The notes under the pieces: model-generated
The model's database searches: none
What the model saw: the letters and a program-made list of their open reading frames with translations, nothing else
Told to the model about the DNA's origin: nothing
In this document: positions 12,201-24,295 of the stretch, in pieces
Layout of the letters: each line of letters begins with the position of its first letter
Position numbering within the stretch: position 1 is the first letter of the stretch
Assembly: GCA_026936335.1 (NCBI GenBank)
Contig: JAPMXV010000073.1
Location: 1 to 64,000, forward strand
Source: Mantamonas sphyraenae STR306
Taxonomy: Eukaryota; Protista; CRuMs
Direction of reading: 5' to 3'
Length of the DNA stretch: 64,000 nt
Position numbers and translations under genes: made by a program

Positions 12201-15200
12201 CCGTGTGCAAGGTACGTATAGAGCACGCTCACCACGCGGCGGGCATCCTCCGGTGCCACCTTGTTGGACTCCTTCGAGAACAGCGTCTCGGCGAGCCAGC
12301 ACGCAAGCGCGTCATTCGGCTTCTCCAGCACGTCCTTGTCGTTCTTGATCTGAGTCTCCGTGGCGCCGCTCTGCGCCTCGATCAGCTTCATCAGGCTGCT
12401 CACAATCTCCAGCACAATCGCCTGCTTCACCTTCATCGCGTCTGCGTCTTCGCTCGGCAGAACCTCCACCAGCTTGTTGCGCAGAAGCAGAATCGGCGAT
12501 GTCGACTGCGCCATCTCCTTGTCGCCCTTTTCCAGGTCGTCCTCGTAGGCCGCCGCGTTCAGCTTCAGCAGGTGCGTAAACGTGCTCACGCCACCCAGCT
12601 TCTCCATGCTGAACGTGTGTGCACTCGGCCAGTTCTTCATCAGCGAAAAGAACTCCTGGCGCGCAAACACAACGCACAGTGCCTCGGTCGAGCTCGCAAA
12701 TTGCGACATCAGCACAGTCCTCCACAGAGGTCCGCCTGCATTCAAACTCTTGGTCAGCGTCGGGTACTGTTTGCCCTCTTTCTTCTTCCTGCTCTGGCCC
12801 GGTGCGTCCAGCACCGCAAACGCCTGGTTCTCGCCCATCGATCCGAGGCTGCCCAGGTCAAACACAAGGTCCCCCTGTGCGTCCTCCTCCGCCGCCTGCG
12901 CCGTCGAGTCCTCCACGTTCTCCAGCTCCACGCTCCTTTCGACCATCCACGCAATCACGCCCTCCACGTCAAACTCGTCGCCCATGTCAGGGCACACCTC
13001 GTCCAGCGCCTTCTCCGCTGCCGCCTGGCCAAAGCCCAGCGCACGCAGGTTGTTCACACGCGCCTTGCGGATAAGCTCGGGCGAGCCGTACGTCTTGTTG
13101 CCAGACTCGCCACCGCCTCCGCCGCCCACGCGCGGGAACGTCACCTTGTCGTTCGGCGAGTACAGACTCACGCCTGCGTCCACCATCTTGTCCGTCAAGT
13201 CGCTGTACGTCTTCTTCGGGTGCTGGTGAGGGGATGGTGGTGGTTTGGATGGGGGTTGTGAAGACAGATAGTGCAGGATTAAGGGACTTTGGGGCGCGCG
13301 AGAGTGCCGCACGGGCCCGGTTTGGGAGGCGCCGGAGGTGAAGGTAGAGGGGGAAGGTGACGCTGGCTGGTGTGATTCCAGTAGCAATGGGTGCTGATGA
13401 AGGGATGGTCGTGGTTTGGATGGGGTTTGTGAAAACAGATAGTGAAGGATTAAGGGACTTTGGGGTGCGCGAGAGTGCCGCACGGGGCCTGTTTGGGAGG
13501 CGCCGGAGGTGAGAGTGGAGGGGGAAGGTGACGCCGGCTGGTGTAATTCCAGTAGCAATGGGTGCTGTTGAAGGGATGGTGGTGGTTTGGATGGGGGTTG
13601 TGGTAAAGGACCCGCGCTTTAACCAGAGTTTTGGGGTGCGCAAAAGTGCCGCACGGGCCCTGTTTGGGAGGCGCCGGAGGTGAGGGTGTATGACGATGGC
13701 TGGAGTGGTGAGGGTGTGGTGAACGAAACCCACAAAGATATATGCACCCACGACCCAGCGCTGATCCTTGATCTTGTCCAGCTCGTTGTCCGCCTTGGCT
13801 TCGCCCTTGAGCTTGCCGTTCACGTACAGCTTCCACGTGCCGCTCTCCACGTCGTAGCCGGCACTCAGGTACATCCAGGCGGCCACATCCTCCTCCGCCA
13901 ACATGTACCCCGTCTCCATAAAGCTCTTCTTCGACGGACGCAACGTGCCGCACTGCAGCTCACGCTTCGCGACGCGCACAACGAACAAGCGGTCGTCGTG
14001 CTTCGTGCCGCCCGTCAGCAGGCACTGGGCCTCGTTCTCGCCCGGCATGCCGTCACACTTGACCCACATCTCCACAGACATCCTCACCTTCGATCCGCCG
14101 CCCAGGTCCACACTGGCGTGCTCCTCGCTGCGAAAGTCCACCGCAACGCCACGCTCAAAGCGTGCCAGCTCCACCGTCTTCTCGCCCGCCCTGTCCAAAG
14201 TCCCCTGGTTGTTGCCATCGGCGTCGGTCGTGCACTTGTACTCGCCCCACGTCCACCTCGCGGAACACAAGGCTGTTGTGCACTCCCAGTTCAGCCTCCA
14301 CCTTCACCACCCTCTCCTCCGACGGCCAGCTCAGCTCGCCCGAGAAATCTCGGCCGTCCACCTTGTCGATCTTCAGCTCAATGGTGGCCAATGCCTCCAC
14401 CTCCGTGTACACGCCGATGAACTGCGCACCACGCTGCAACTTGAACAGCGAGCCCTCGAACGACGACACGTGCGAATCCACGTTGTAGCGCACTGCGTCA
14501 CCGCCGTTCACGCTGAAGGACACGCCTTTGCCCTGCGTCATCCCGTCACCCCACATGGCGCCCCACGGCTCGCTGAACTGCGCGACCAGGTTCTCTTGGG
14601 TCACAAACACCTCACGATTGTTGTAGTCGCGGCCGATGCCCACCACGTCGCCTGCGCCAAACATCGCCACAGAGAACGATGCCCCTGGGATGTCCTGCAG
14701 CTGATTCGTTCAGCTTCTCCCATTCGTCCAACTTGGGCTGCGCATCCTTCACCTTCTTCATGCTGCCCTCCTTTTGGGCGACGTCGCGCGCTCGGCACGC
14801 AGATCCCGTGTGACCTGCTCGCACTCCAGATCGCCCTCAAACGAAAGGAAACCGGGTACAGCGCTCCCAGCACCTCGATGTCGTTCAAGCACTGCGAGTC
14901 TTTGTCGCGGTAGTCCACGCACATGGCCTTGAGGACCACGGCGAGGGCGTCCAGCTCGCTGCCTGCGAAAGCCACGCGTCCCTGCGGCTGGTACATCGAG
15001 CGGATGGAGTCCTCCAGCGACTGCAGCAGGTTGTTTGCAGCTGTGGCCACCTTGGAGTTGAGCTCGATGCCGCACGCGTCCACGCCCTGCAGGGAGTGCA
15101 CGATGCCCAGGTGGTTGTACTCCTCCTTCTGGCCAGGGCTTGCGCTCTCCACGTTCTTCACGCGCGTCTCAAACGTGTCGGCCATCAACCGCAGACGTCT

Positions 15201-16110
15201 GGCTCCTCTTCAGGTACACGTCCTTGCCCCCTCTTCAGACACGCTGTCACTCACAGCCAGCGAGTCCAGAGCTTCCACACAGCCTCGAAACCTGCCTTAC
15301 GCAGCACAGCTTGCGTCTGCTTGTCCTTCGCCACGCACAAAACTCAGCACGCTCTTGGACACAGCCAGCGTGTCCACGTCGTGGCTCAGGCCCTTCAGTT
15401 GCTGCATGCGCTCCTTCGTCATCTCCTTTCAGGCTCCTCATCGCCTCCCTTGGCGTTCGTTCACCTTTGTTCCTCCCACTGCCCAACCAGCCGCCAAGCT
15501 TCGGGCTGCCGGGAACAGCCAAACAGACTGCAGCTCCGTCCCAGGGCGCCGGCGGCAGTGGCTCGTGTCGTCTGCACGCTGCGTGCAGGCAGAGCGTTGA
15601 CGCGGTGGGAGCTGGGTGCGAAGCCCAGAGTGAGGAAGTTGGCCTTTTCCGTCACTTCCTCCGCGTGCTTCTTGTACTGCCGTGGCCACCTTGGTCCTTG
15701 TCCTCCAGCTCGGCGTCGTCCTCTACGTCCGTGTTGGCGCTCAGGTTCGTCTGGCGCTGCGTCTGCACCCAGTGCACAACCTTGACGGCCTGCTTGTGCA
15801 CACGTTCTTCAGGTTCTTCCGCGCCTTTTCGTCCTTCTGCGTCGTGCAAACGTGACGGCCTCCACGGCCATGCCCTCGTGCTTAAGCATGGCGGCAAACA
15901 CAGTGCGCACTGCGCCCAACACCTCGTCCTTGGCCAGCTTCACGGCCTTGCCAGCAGCGGCGGAGCGCCCTTGGCGCAACCCACCACCAGGTCGTGTTCA
16001 ATGCTGGCAATGAGGTCCTGAAGAAGGGTTTCCGCCTCCCCTCGTAGCGCTCTAGCAAACGTTTTAGCAGCGTGGGCTTCCTTTGACGTGACGTGTGGCG
16101 CCTCCACACG
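9259..16110 (-). pseudogene. Decayed giant HECT E3 ubiquitin ligase (SPRY, LamG/ConA-like, UBA, SPRY, HECT)
   Basis: HECT motifs GESSIDAGGPYRE, FLRFVWGRSRLP, LPESHTCSFQLDLP. SPRY motifs GDTITVTV...LFPAISLY. UBA motif LRALGFGQAAAEKAL. LamG motif SVEMWVK...WKLYVNGKL. In-frame TAA at 9286-9288 precedes NCADVDND*, in-frame TAG at 10646-10648, and several frameshifts. The 5' limit is approximate. Confidence 0.85.
13218..13685. repeat. 171-bp tandem repeat (~2.7 copies) inside the HECT pseudogene
   Basis: gggtgctg...gggatggt...tttgggaggcgccggaggtga recurs at ~13218, 13389 and 13560. Confidence 0.88.
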
Positions 16111-16718
16111 CCATATTCCTTCCCGCCAACAAACGCCCTCCGTCACGCCCCATGTGTCCATTTTCACACATCATGGTTCCACTGCAGTCAATACCAGCTC
16201 CACTTTGCATGACCGCGTATGCATCAAAGGACGGTTGTACAGCGCATCGATGTGTTCAGCCCGTGCTTCCTCTCCCTTCGCAGCACGTCCCCGCGACCCA
16301 GCCTCCCGTTTCCCATCCCGCATTGTACACAAAGTGCCATTGTGCAGTGGTTACCCAATCAACATTTCCATAACACAGGCTGTGAACACGGCCATGCACT
16401 GCATTCGCTTGCCACTCACTGCGCCATCTGAAGCACCTCTTCCTCTTCTTCCACCCCTTCACACGCCTGTGCCATGTCCCCACACCTCACATCGACACAA
16501 ACGTTGGCATTGTTACCCATACATGCGACTCTCGCTCCCTGGCTATCCCCTCACCCTCCTCTTCCTCCAAACCCACCAAGTCACCCTCCTGCCTGCTTCA
16601 AAGGAACGTCCATTCCTCCTGCGGATCACACCCCAATCGTCACTACTCCTCACGTTGCCTTTTCTCCATCTCTCTCTTATCCTCCTCTTCAATCTCATCT
16701 CCCTCTTGCTTCCTCCCC

Positions 16719-17956
16719 TCACCTGGGTGCAGCACCCCTCCCCACCCACTCAATCACCCTCTCCATCACCTCATCTGGCAGTGTCACCCACCCTTCCCAC
16801 CCTCCTGCCTCCACGTACTCCTCCATCCCACCGGCTTCAAACATCGCCTCCCGCTCCTCCCCGTTCATCACCAACGCCACCTCCATCGCCTCATCCATCT
16901 GTCCACCCCATCCGATCCAATGCCACGCCTTCCTCCACCCTGCCTTCTTCACCATCTTCACCGTTTCCATCCTCGGTTTTGCGCCCCACGCCCGCAACAC
17001 CTCCACAATCCTCTCGTCCCCTCGCTTCACTGCTCGGTAGAGTGCCGTAGTCATCTCATGCTCCCCTGCAAATGTGTTCACAGGCACACCCCACTCTCTC
17101 AACGCAGCCATCTTCTCCACATGTCCACACTCCAAAAACTCCATATGCTGCTTCTTGTTTCTCGCCAACAGCGACTGCAAACCGTCATTGCGAACACCCA
17201 CGATGTTCCAGCACGACCGATTGACTTCCATTGCCTTTTTCAGTGCTGCTGCCCCCTTTCGACCGATTTTGTTGTCATCGAGGTACAGCAACTGCAAGCT
17301 GCGGTTCACAATCAGTGCCTCCGCCAGTGCTGCTGCTCCTTCCGCCCCGATACTGTTGGTACTGAGACTCAGTGTCTGCAAGCTGCTGTTCACCTTCAAT
17401 CCCTGTGCCATTGCTGCTGCTCCGTCTGCTCCGATGCTGTTGTAGCTGAGGGACAGTCTCTGCAGCTGGTTGTTCTCAGTCAGTGCTTGCCCAAGTGCTG
17501 CTGCTCCTTCTTCCCCGATTCTGTTGCCGTCGAGGTACAAGCTCTTCAAGGTGTGGTTCTCACTCAGTCCCTGTGCAAGTGCCGCCATTTGTCCCGCGTT
17601 GATGCAGCTGTAGCCAAGGGCCAGGGTCTGTAAGCCACTGTTCTCGGACAGTGCCTGTGCCAGCGCGGCTGCTCCTTCTGCTCCGATGCGGTTGCACCTG
17701 AGCCGCAGGGATTTCAAGGTGCTGTTCTTCCCTAGCGCCTTGGCCAGCGCTACCATCTCATTGTCTTCTAGCCCGATGTCATGAATATTCGTCTCCTATG
17801 CCCCACGTGTCAGCACACACTCCGTTGTTGCCCTTGAGGTCACCCTGCGTTCCAGTCCCAACCCACCTCTCCTTCCGCTTCCAGTGCACTGCCAATCCGT
17901 TCATGATCCCCACTCTGCAGCAGTTCCACCCATTCATCCATTTCCAGCGAGCTCAT
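16719..17956 (-). CDS. RI/NLRC3-type LRR (6) + ankyrin-like + C-terminal F-box-like protein
   Basis: Exon 1 at 17956-17867 (MSSLEMDEWVELLQSGDHERI), intron 17866-17796, in frame with ORF 16719-17756. 28-aa LRRs, TALYRAVKRGDERIVEVLRAWGA, WVTLPDEVMERVIEW. Confidence 0.85.
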
Positions 17957-19263
17957 TACGTCTGCGTTGCCTGTTTGTGAGCGTGTGTGCACCAGCTTCC
18001 CCTCCCTCCTCACCCGCCTTCCTCCACCTTCTCCCCTCTACAAGTTCTCCATCCACCCAATTTACCTACCTTGTGATTGTGTGAGAATGTACCGGTTGTC
18101 AGCTGCGTTGCATGCTGCTGCTGGGCTTGCCAAGTGTCTCCTGCACCGCCAAGTCCCTTCCCTCCCAGCCCCGACGTGCCATTGTTTGCTGACTGCCCGA
18201 TGCGTCCTACGCATCGCACAGCAAGTCACTGAATGGATTGCCGAGGCATGGCCTGCTGTGGTGCGTGCGGGGGCAGCACGCGACGTTCCTTCGCCACTTC
18301 CGTTCTTCGCCCCACCAGCCTCCTTCGTCCCGCCAAAACGGAAGAAGCAGGTTGAACGCAGCCCCAGCGCATCCACCAACCACCATTGCCAAATACGACA
18401 CACCGACACACACTATGGCATCAACCCACCTTCTTGGTCCAACTCGTTGCGTCAGTTGTGTTCGTCCTGCTTTCACACGCGCACTCTCTCCCACCCCACT
18501 GCCTGCTGCTGCACACCTGAATGCCTTCCCACCCCCCGTCCATCCAACATGGCCAGAACACTCCACCCATCCACAGGCACACACACAGCGCACTGCCCAA
18601 CCAACCAGCAGTGAATGCGCCTCTCATCACCCATGCCACGTTTAATGTCACCATCCCCACTTGCAGCCCTTGTTTTGTCCATGCCACACTCCTCTTCTCC
18701 TTCTCTCTGCCCCCTCTGATGCAACCATGGCATGGGAGGAGGTTTGGTAGGCGTGAACCCAACCTTTCTGCCCACCACGATGCATCCCCGTCATAGCACT
18801 CACCATGGATACCACGATCTCTCCATGGACAGTGTGTGGTGGCGTGGACCAACCCCGTTTCATGTGAAGATGGGCCCGAACACACGTCTGCGGAAGGCGT
18901 CACGAACACACTCACGCACACACGCACACGTTCACGACACGACACCCAATCGACCGACAGTCGCTCACCGTAACAGTGCACATGTCACCCACCGTGCTTC
19001 GTCGTCTCACTCATCCACCCTTCTCTGTCCTCCAAACACCCCCACCTTGGCAAACACAGACTGGCGTCGACCAAACACCTCCTCCCTTACTCCACCCTCC
19101 CACCCGTGTTCCCCTTCCCTCTTCAAACTCCCAATCCTGTGCCCACCCTTGACCCCAATGCCTCCTGGGCGACGACGGCGTCGGCCTGCCTCTCGCGTTC
19201 CCGGGAACTCGTCTCCTCTCCTTTGCCCTATCGCATCAAAATAACTTCCATTCTTCCTCCTGA

Positions 19264-20611
19264 TCACCCCAAACCTTCCATCCTCCTCGATATGTTGCCT
19301 CTTCTCAACCTCCGCTCCCTCCTCTTCTTCCTTTTCAACTCTCGCTCTTGCTTCCTCGCCTCGTCTGATCTACTCACAGCGACCCTTGCAGGTGCAGCAC
19401 CCCTCCCCACCCACCCAATCACCCTCTCCATCACCTCATCCGGCAGTGTCACCCACCCTTCCCACCCTCTCTCCTCCACGTACGCCTCCATCCCACCTTG
19501 CTCAAACATCGCCTCCCTCTCCTCCCCATTCATCACCAACGCCACCTCCATCGCCTCATCCACCTGTCCAACCCATCCGATCCAATGCCACGCCTTCCTC
19601 CACCCTGCCTTCTTCACCATCTCCACCGTTTCCATCCTCGGCGTCGCACCCCATGTTCGCAGCACCTGCACAATCCTCTCATCCCCTCGCTTCACAGCTC
19701 GCTCCAGCGCCGTAGACCTCTCGAAGTGTCGCCCCTCTGCAAACGTGTTCACAGGTACACCCCACTCCCTCAACGCAGCCATCTTCTCCACATCCCCACA
19801 CTCCAAAAACTCCAAGTGCTGCTTCCTGTTTCTCTTTGAAAGGGCCCCCAAAGCGTCATCGAATACGCCTACGATGTTCCAGCACGACCGGTTGTCTTCC
19901 ATTGCCTTTGTCAGTGCTGCTGCGCCTTCTGCCCTGATGCTGTTGCCGTGGAGGATCAGTACCTGCAGACTGTTGTTCTCAGCCAGCCCCTGCGCCAGTG
20001 CTGCTGCTCCTTGGTCCCCAATGCTGTTGTCCCAGAGGTTCAGTGTCTGCAAGCTGCTGTTCTCGCTCAGTGCCTGCCCCAGTGCTGCTGCTCCTTCGTT
20101 CCCGATGTCGTTTTTCCCGAGGTACAGTGTTTGCAAGCTGCTGTTCTCCACCAGTGCCTTCCCCAGTGCCGCTGCCCCTTCTACTCCGATGCTGTTCCAG
20201 CCGAGGTACAGTATCTGCAAGCTGCTGTTCTCCCTCAGTGCCTGCGCCAGTGCTGCTGCCCCTTCTGCACCGATGCTGTTGCTTCTGAGGTCCAGTATCT
20301 GCACGCTGCTGTTCTGAGCTAATGCCTCGGCAAGTGCCACTGCTCCTTTGTCTCCCACCTCCTCACTTGCAAGGCCCAATAGCTGTATGTGACGTGTGAG
20401 CACACGGTCCACCCATCCTACACACCATCACACCCGCAATACACCCTCCCTCCTTCCCTTCCCCTTGTGCGACGATCAACGTCACGCTCACCAACTCCCT
20501 CCCGATTTCTTTTTGCCAACTCACCATTCCCTCAGCCTCCAAAGCTTCCACAATCCGCCCATGGTCCCCGCTCTGCAACAGTTCCACCCATTCCTCTTTT
20601 CCCAAGCCCAT
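19264..20611 (-). CDS. RI-type LRR (5-6) + ankyrin-like + C-terminal F-box-like protein
   Basis: Exon 1 at 20611-20525 (MGLGKEEWVELLQSGDHGRI), intron 20524-20383, in frame with ORF 19264-20412. Confidence 0.87.
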
Positions 20612-23600
20612 GTTTCCTGCGATATTCCACTAGCGTCAGCTCCTCCCTGATTCCTCACTTTCCCCGTGCCTCTCTCTATCCCACCCACACAGCGCACAAG
20701 TCCCCGATACCCCCACCCTTCCCTACCCAATGACTGTTCTGAATGTGTGTTGTGTGTTGCGTTGGATGCAACTCCGCACAGAGGACCAGGAGCACTCTGC
20801 TGCTTCTTCCCCCTTTACATCCCGCGTTCACAGCACACACCTAATCACTGTTCACAAACTGCCCACCTACATTTTACCCAACTGCGCCACAATCCGCATT
20901 AGTACGGCGTTCCACCACACTTGCCCATGCCTCCAGGCCACTCCAGTCCCTCTTCCTCCATCCACCACCACCACCACACATGAATAAACCACACCTTCCC
21001 TCTTCACCATACAACCCTCCACACATTCCTCCCTCGTCCTTCCCAGCAGCGCCTGCCACGACTTGCCATCTTCCGTTGGCTCTTGTCTGCCCCCACTGCC
21101 CACACATGCCCTCTTTCGCACTGCCCAGTGCTTCCATGATCTGCTACCACTCTCCAGAGTGCTACACACAACGTTCTGTCTTTGTCCATCAGTGCCACCA
21201 GCATGGAAGGAAACAGTTGTCCTCCTCCTCCTGCTCCTCCTACCACTGCTGTGTTCACCCATGCGCCCCATACAATCCCAATGGCGTCCGCCAATCTCAT
21301 CCTTGCGACACGAATGACTCTCCACCTTGCTTCCTCTTCCCCAGTCTGAGTCGCCGCCCATTTTCCCTGCTCTTCGGCCTGCGTGTGCGGATGGCTGTGC
21401 CCATGCACACACATGCTACCCCAACCATCCCTCCTTCCCTCTCCACCACCATCCCTCTTCACCACCATCCATCCCCATCCCCATCCTCCCTTGCCACCCT
21501 GGGGTGATTTTGTCGCAGGGTGGCAATCCGACCTCCATCAACTCCGCCTCCCACACACGCCACAGGCCCCTCCACGCCCTCAACCTCCGTTCTCTGGGCC
21601 CGCATCATCCCACTCCACCTCTCCGCCAAGTTCTCCAAATTCAATGAAAAATGTGCCTGGTGGTGGTCGTGGCGTCGTTTTTGCTTGTCGCCTTGCCAGC
21701 CCAGCCGCACCTTGCCGCCTTCCTGCGCCACAAACCGCCCTCCCACGGACCACACACCCCCTTGATCAGCACGCCCACCTCTTGAACCTGTGTGCAGTCA
21801 CCCACACACTTCCCATGCACACTTCTACCGCAGTCAGGCTGTGCATTCGTGAGCAGTGTCGCAGAAACTCACGCAGCTGGTTTCAGGGCGGTGGCCGAGC
21901 ACCCGCACCTTTGCCGCCCCCCTGCTCACACCACAGGCCGCCCCATGCCCTCAGCCTCGGTCTCTGCCCTCTACACATCAACCACACCCCACTGACCCTC
22001 ATTCCACTTTTCGCCACTTTTCGACCATTGTCGACATGGTGAACAACCAGCCGCTCTCCACCAAAATCACCCCAAATACGAAACTGCGTCTGTGCGTGTG
22101 TTTCCCATGCACTCGTCAATCCGCTTGGCCTCAGGATCCAGCGGGTGCTGTGTGCCGACACAGGGCAGGTTTTGTGTGCGTTGATCCTCACAGCGGAGTT
22201 TTCTACTCGCGCCTGTGTCATTCACACAACCACGGGATCACTAAGGGGCAATAAGTCGCCATAACCTCCACCACGCACAGCAGCAACACACAGAGGCAAC
22301 CAGCAGAGAAACCAGAGGCTCGTTGAGACCACCTTCCCACTAATCCGCCGACCAACCAATGAACACCACCAGAGCAAGCTACAACTCAAATCCATTCATG
22401 CCACATGGCTGACAGGGTGAACGACACACACACACGTGCCATGCCAGTCGTCCAAGGTTGCCTTGGCCGCCCACACGCAGACTCATCCTCCCCACCCTCA
22501 CCTCCCCCATCCCCACACCTGATCCACCAACTGCAATGGATGTGCATTGGACTGCAATCCACGGGCACTGGCTCATCCAGCCACGGCGACCATGCAAAGC
22601 GGAGAACGAGTTCTCATCACCCCCTTTTCCCCCTTTGGAGGATGTTGTAGAAGGTAGCATGGGTTTGAAGAGTGGCAAGCCAACGTGAATGCATGGGAGG
22701 ATGGGCATGAACATGCGTGGTGGAGATGGGAACGAGCACGATTGAGAAAAAAGAGTTGCCAAAAAACGAAACGAGTTGAGTCTTGCTCAGCCTCGCCACC
22801 ACGCGTATGGACCTGCGGACATACTCCTCAAGTCTGCATTCTCCCCATCCACAGCACCACAGAGACGTTGGAAATCAAATGGACGCGTGCAAATTCCCTT
22901 TTCCATCCAACAAGCACCCGCCGTCCGCTGCATCTTCCATCCAGCATCAGCACCACCACTCCTTCGTGTCTCTGTCTCTTCCATGCTCACATCAACGATG
23001 GCCACAGGTCGCCCATTGTCTCTGTTGCCCCCCCATCCAGTGGCAAGAGAAACACACTCGCCCCTCACGCGCCCGCCAAGGCAGAGCATCGCCACACCAG
23101 AGCACCCACCGCAAGGCACCGCCTGGCCAATCACCCACGAGACATGAACTGAGACTGAAGAAAGCAAAGAAGCGTAGAAAGGATGGTGGTGACGCATCGG
23201 CACACAAGTCGTCAGGATCTGAGCCTTTTGGTGGGGCCTCCTGCACGGCGTGGTGGTGGCACTGCTGGCGAGTGTATTGCTGGGATGAATCGGGTGCCCC
23301 AAAGGGACCCACCTGGGGCATCGATGGGCAAACGATGGAAATGAACAAACAACAAAAAGAGGGGACGAGGAGGGGAACGATGGAGGCTGGGATGAACGAG
23401 TGTGGCCCAGCCGGCTTTCTCCCCTTTCCCAATCGGTGATGATGGACAACACAAGAGTGACAGTGCATACGGATCCACATGAACCCATGGACCTCTGTTG
23501 CTGGCTTTGTACCCCAATCTGATGGAAGGGCTGCTGGCACTGCCCAGGGACGACGTTTGACGCCAGGCAACGGAGGCAGAATCTGGAAGAAAGTGAGTGT

Positions 23601-24083
23601 GTGGGGGACGCTGCATGAAGCCACTGTGCGAGAACAACGCAGCACAACCACCGACAGTGCAGGGCGTGTGTGTAAGGAAGGATGTGGATGCAAATGGCAC
23701 TGTGTGCTGTGTGCCAGTGTGCCGAGGAACACGGTGACGGGGGCCAGGCTGGGTGGCAAAAAAGGCGGCTGCCACAATTGGCCACCCCGTTTTGCTGCCG
23801 CACACAACGGGCGGAGGATGGGAGCTGGCATTTTCCCATGTGGGAACGTGTGAAGCAACTGCATGTGGAGTACGACGAACACCCAAAGGAGGGATTGGAT
23901 GTGGAAGGGGAATTCTGGGAGGTGGTGGAGTGTGTGGGGGAGGATGAACGAGCAGAACGTAGGCCGGGGGATGGGGTGTCACCCACAGTGAACCACATCC
24001 ACATGCGCATGCATTTGCATGGCCAATTGAAGCAGTGTTTGCACAGTGTGGGCGTGTGAAACCCCTGTGGCCAGGAGGTGGCG

Positions 24084-24250
24084 GGGGCGAAAGTCGTGTG
24101 AGCTCGGCCTGTGTCACTGGCCCGGCCTCTCACGTGCCACTGCACAGTTCACCAGACTCCGAATTCAATGTACCCCCGCACATTGGTGATACCCATCCAT
24201 GGTACCAGCAACAAGACACATGCATATGTCTGTGACACCTCACAGCGTCG
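24084..24250 (+). repeat. ~166-bp dispersed repeat, copy A
   Basis: ggggcgaaagtcgtgtgagctcggcc...cacgtgccactgcacag...tgtctgtgac...gcgtcg. Also at 26915-27080 and partly at 40350-40488. Confidence 0.9.
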
Positions 24251-24295
24251 CTTTGCTTGTCCCGAGACCTTGGACGCCGTTGACCCCAAGACAAA

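Noticed and set aside
13218-13685. Alpha satellite because of the 171-bp period
   Set aside because: G-rich, under 3 copies, and no resemblance in sequence; the length match is coincidental.
17960-23450. Many 60-450-aa ORFs in intergenic DNA outside the LRR gene
   Set aside because: Low complexity, no recognisable motifs, and expected by chance at this GC content.
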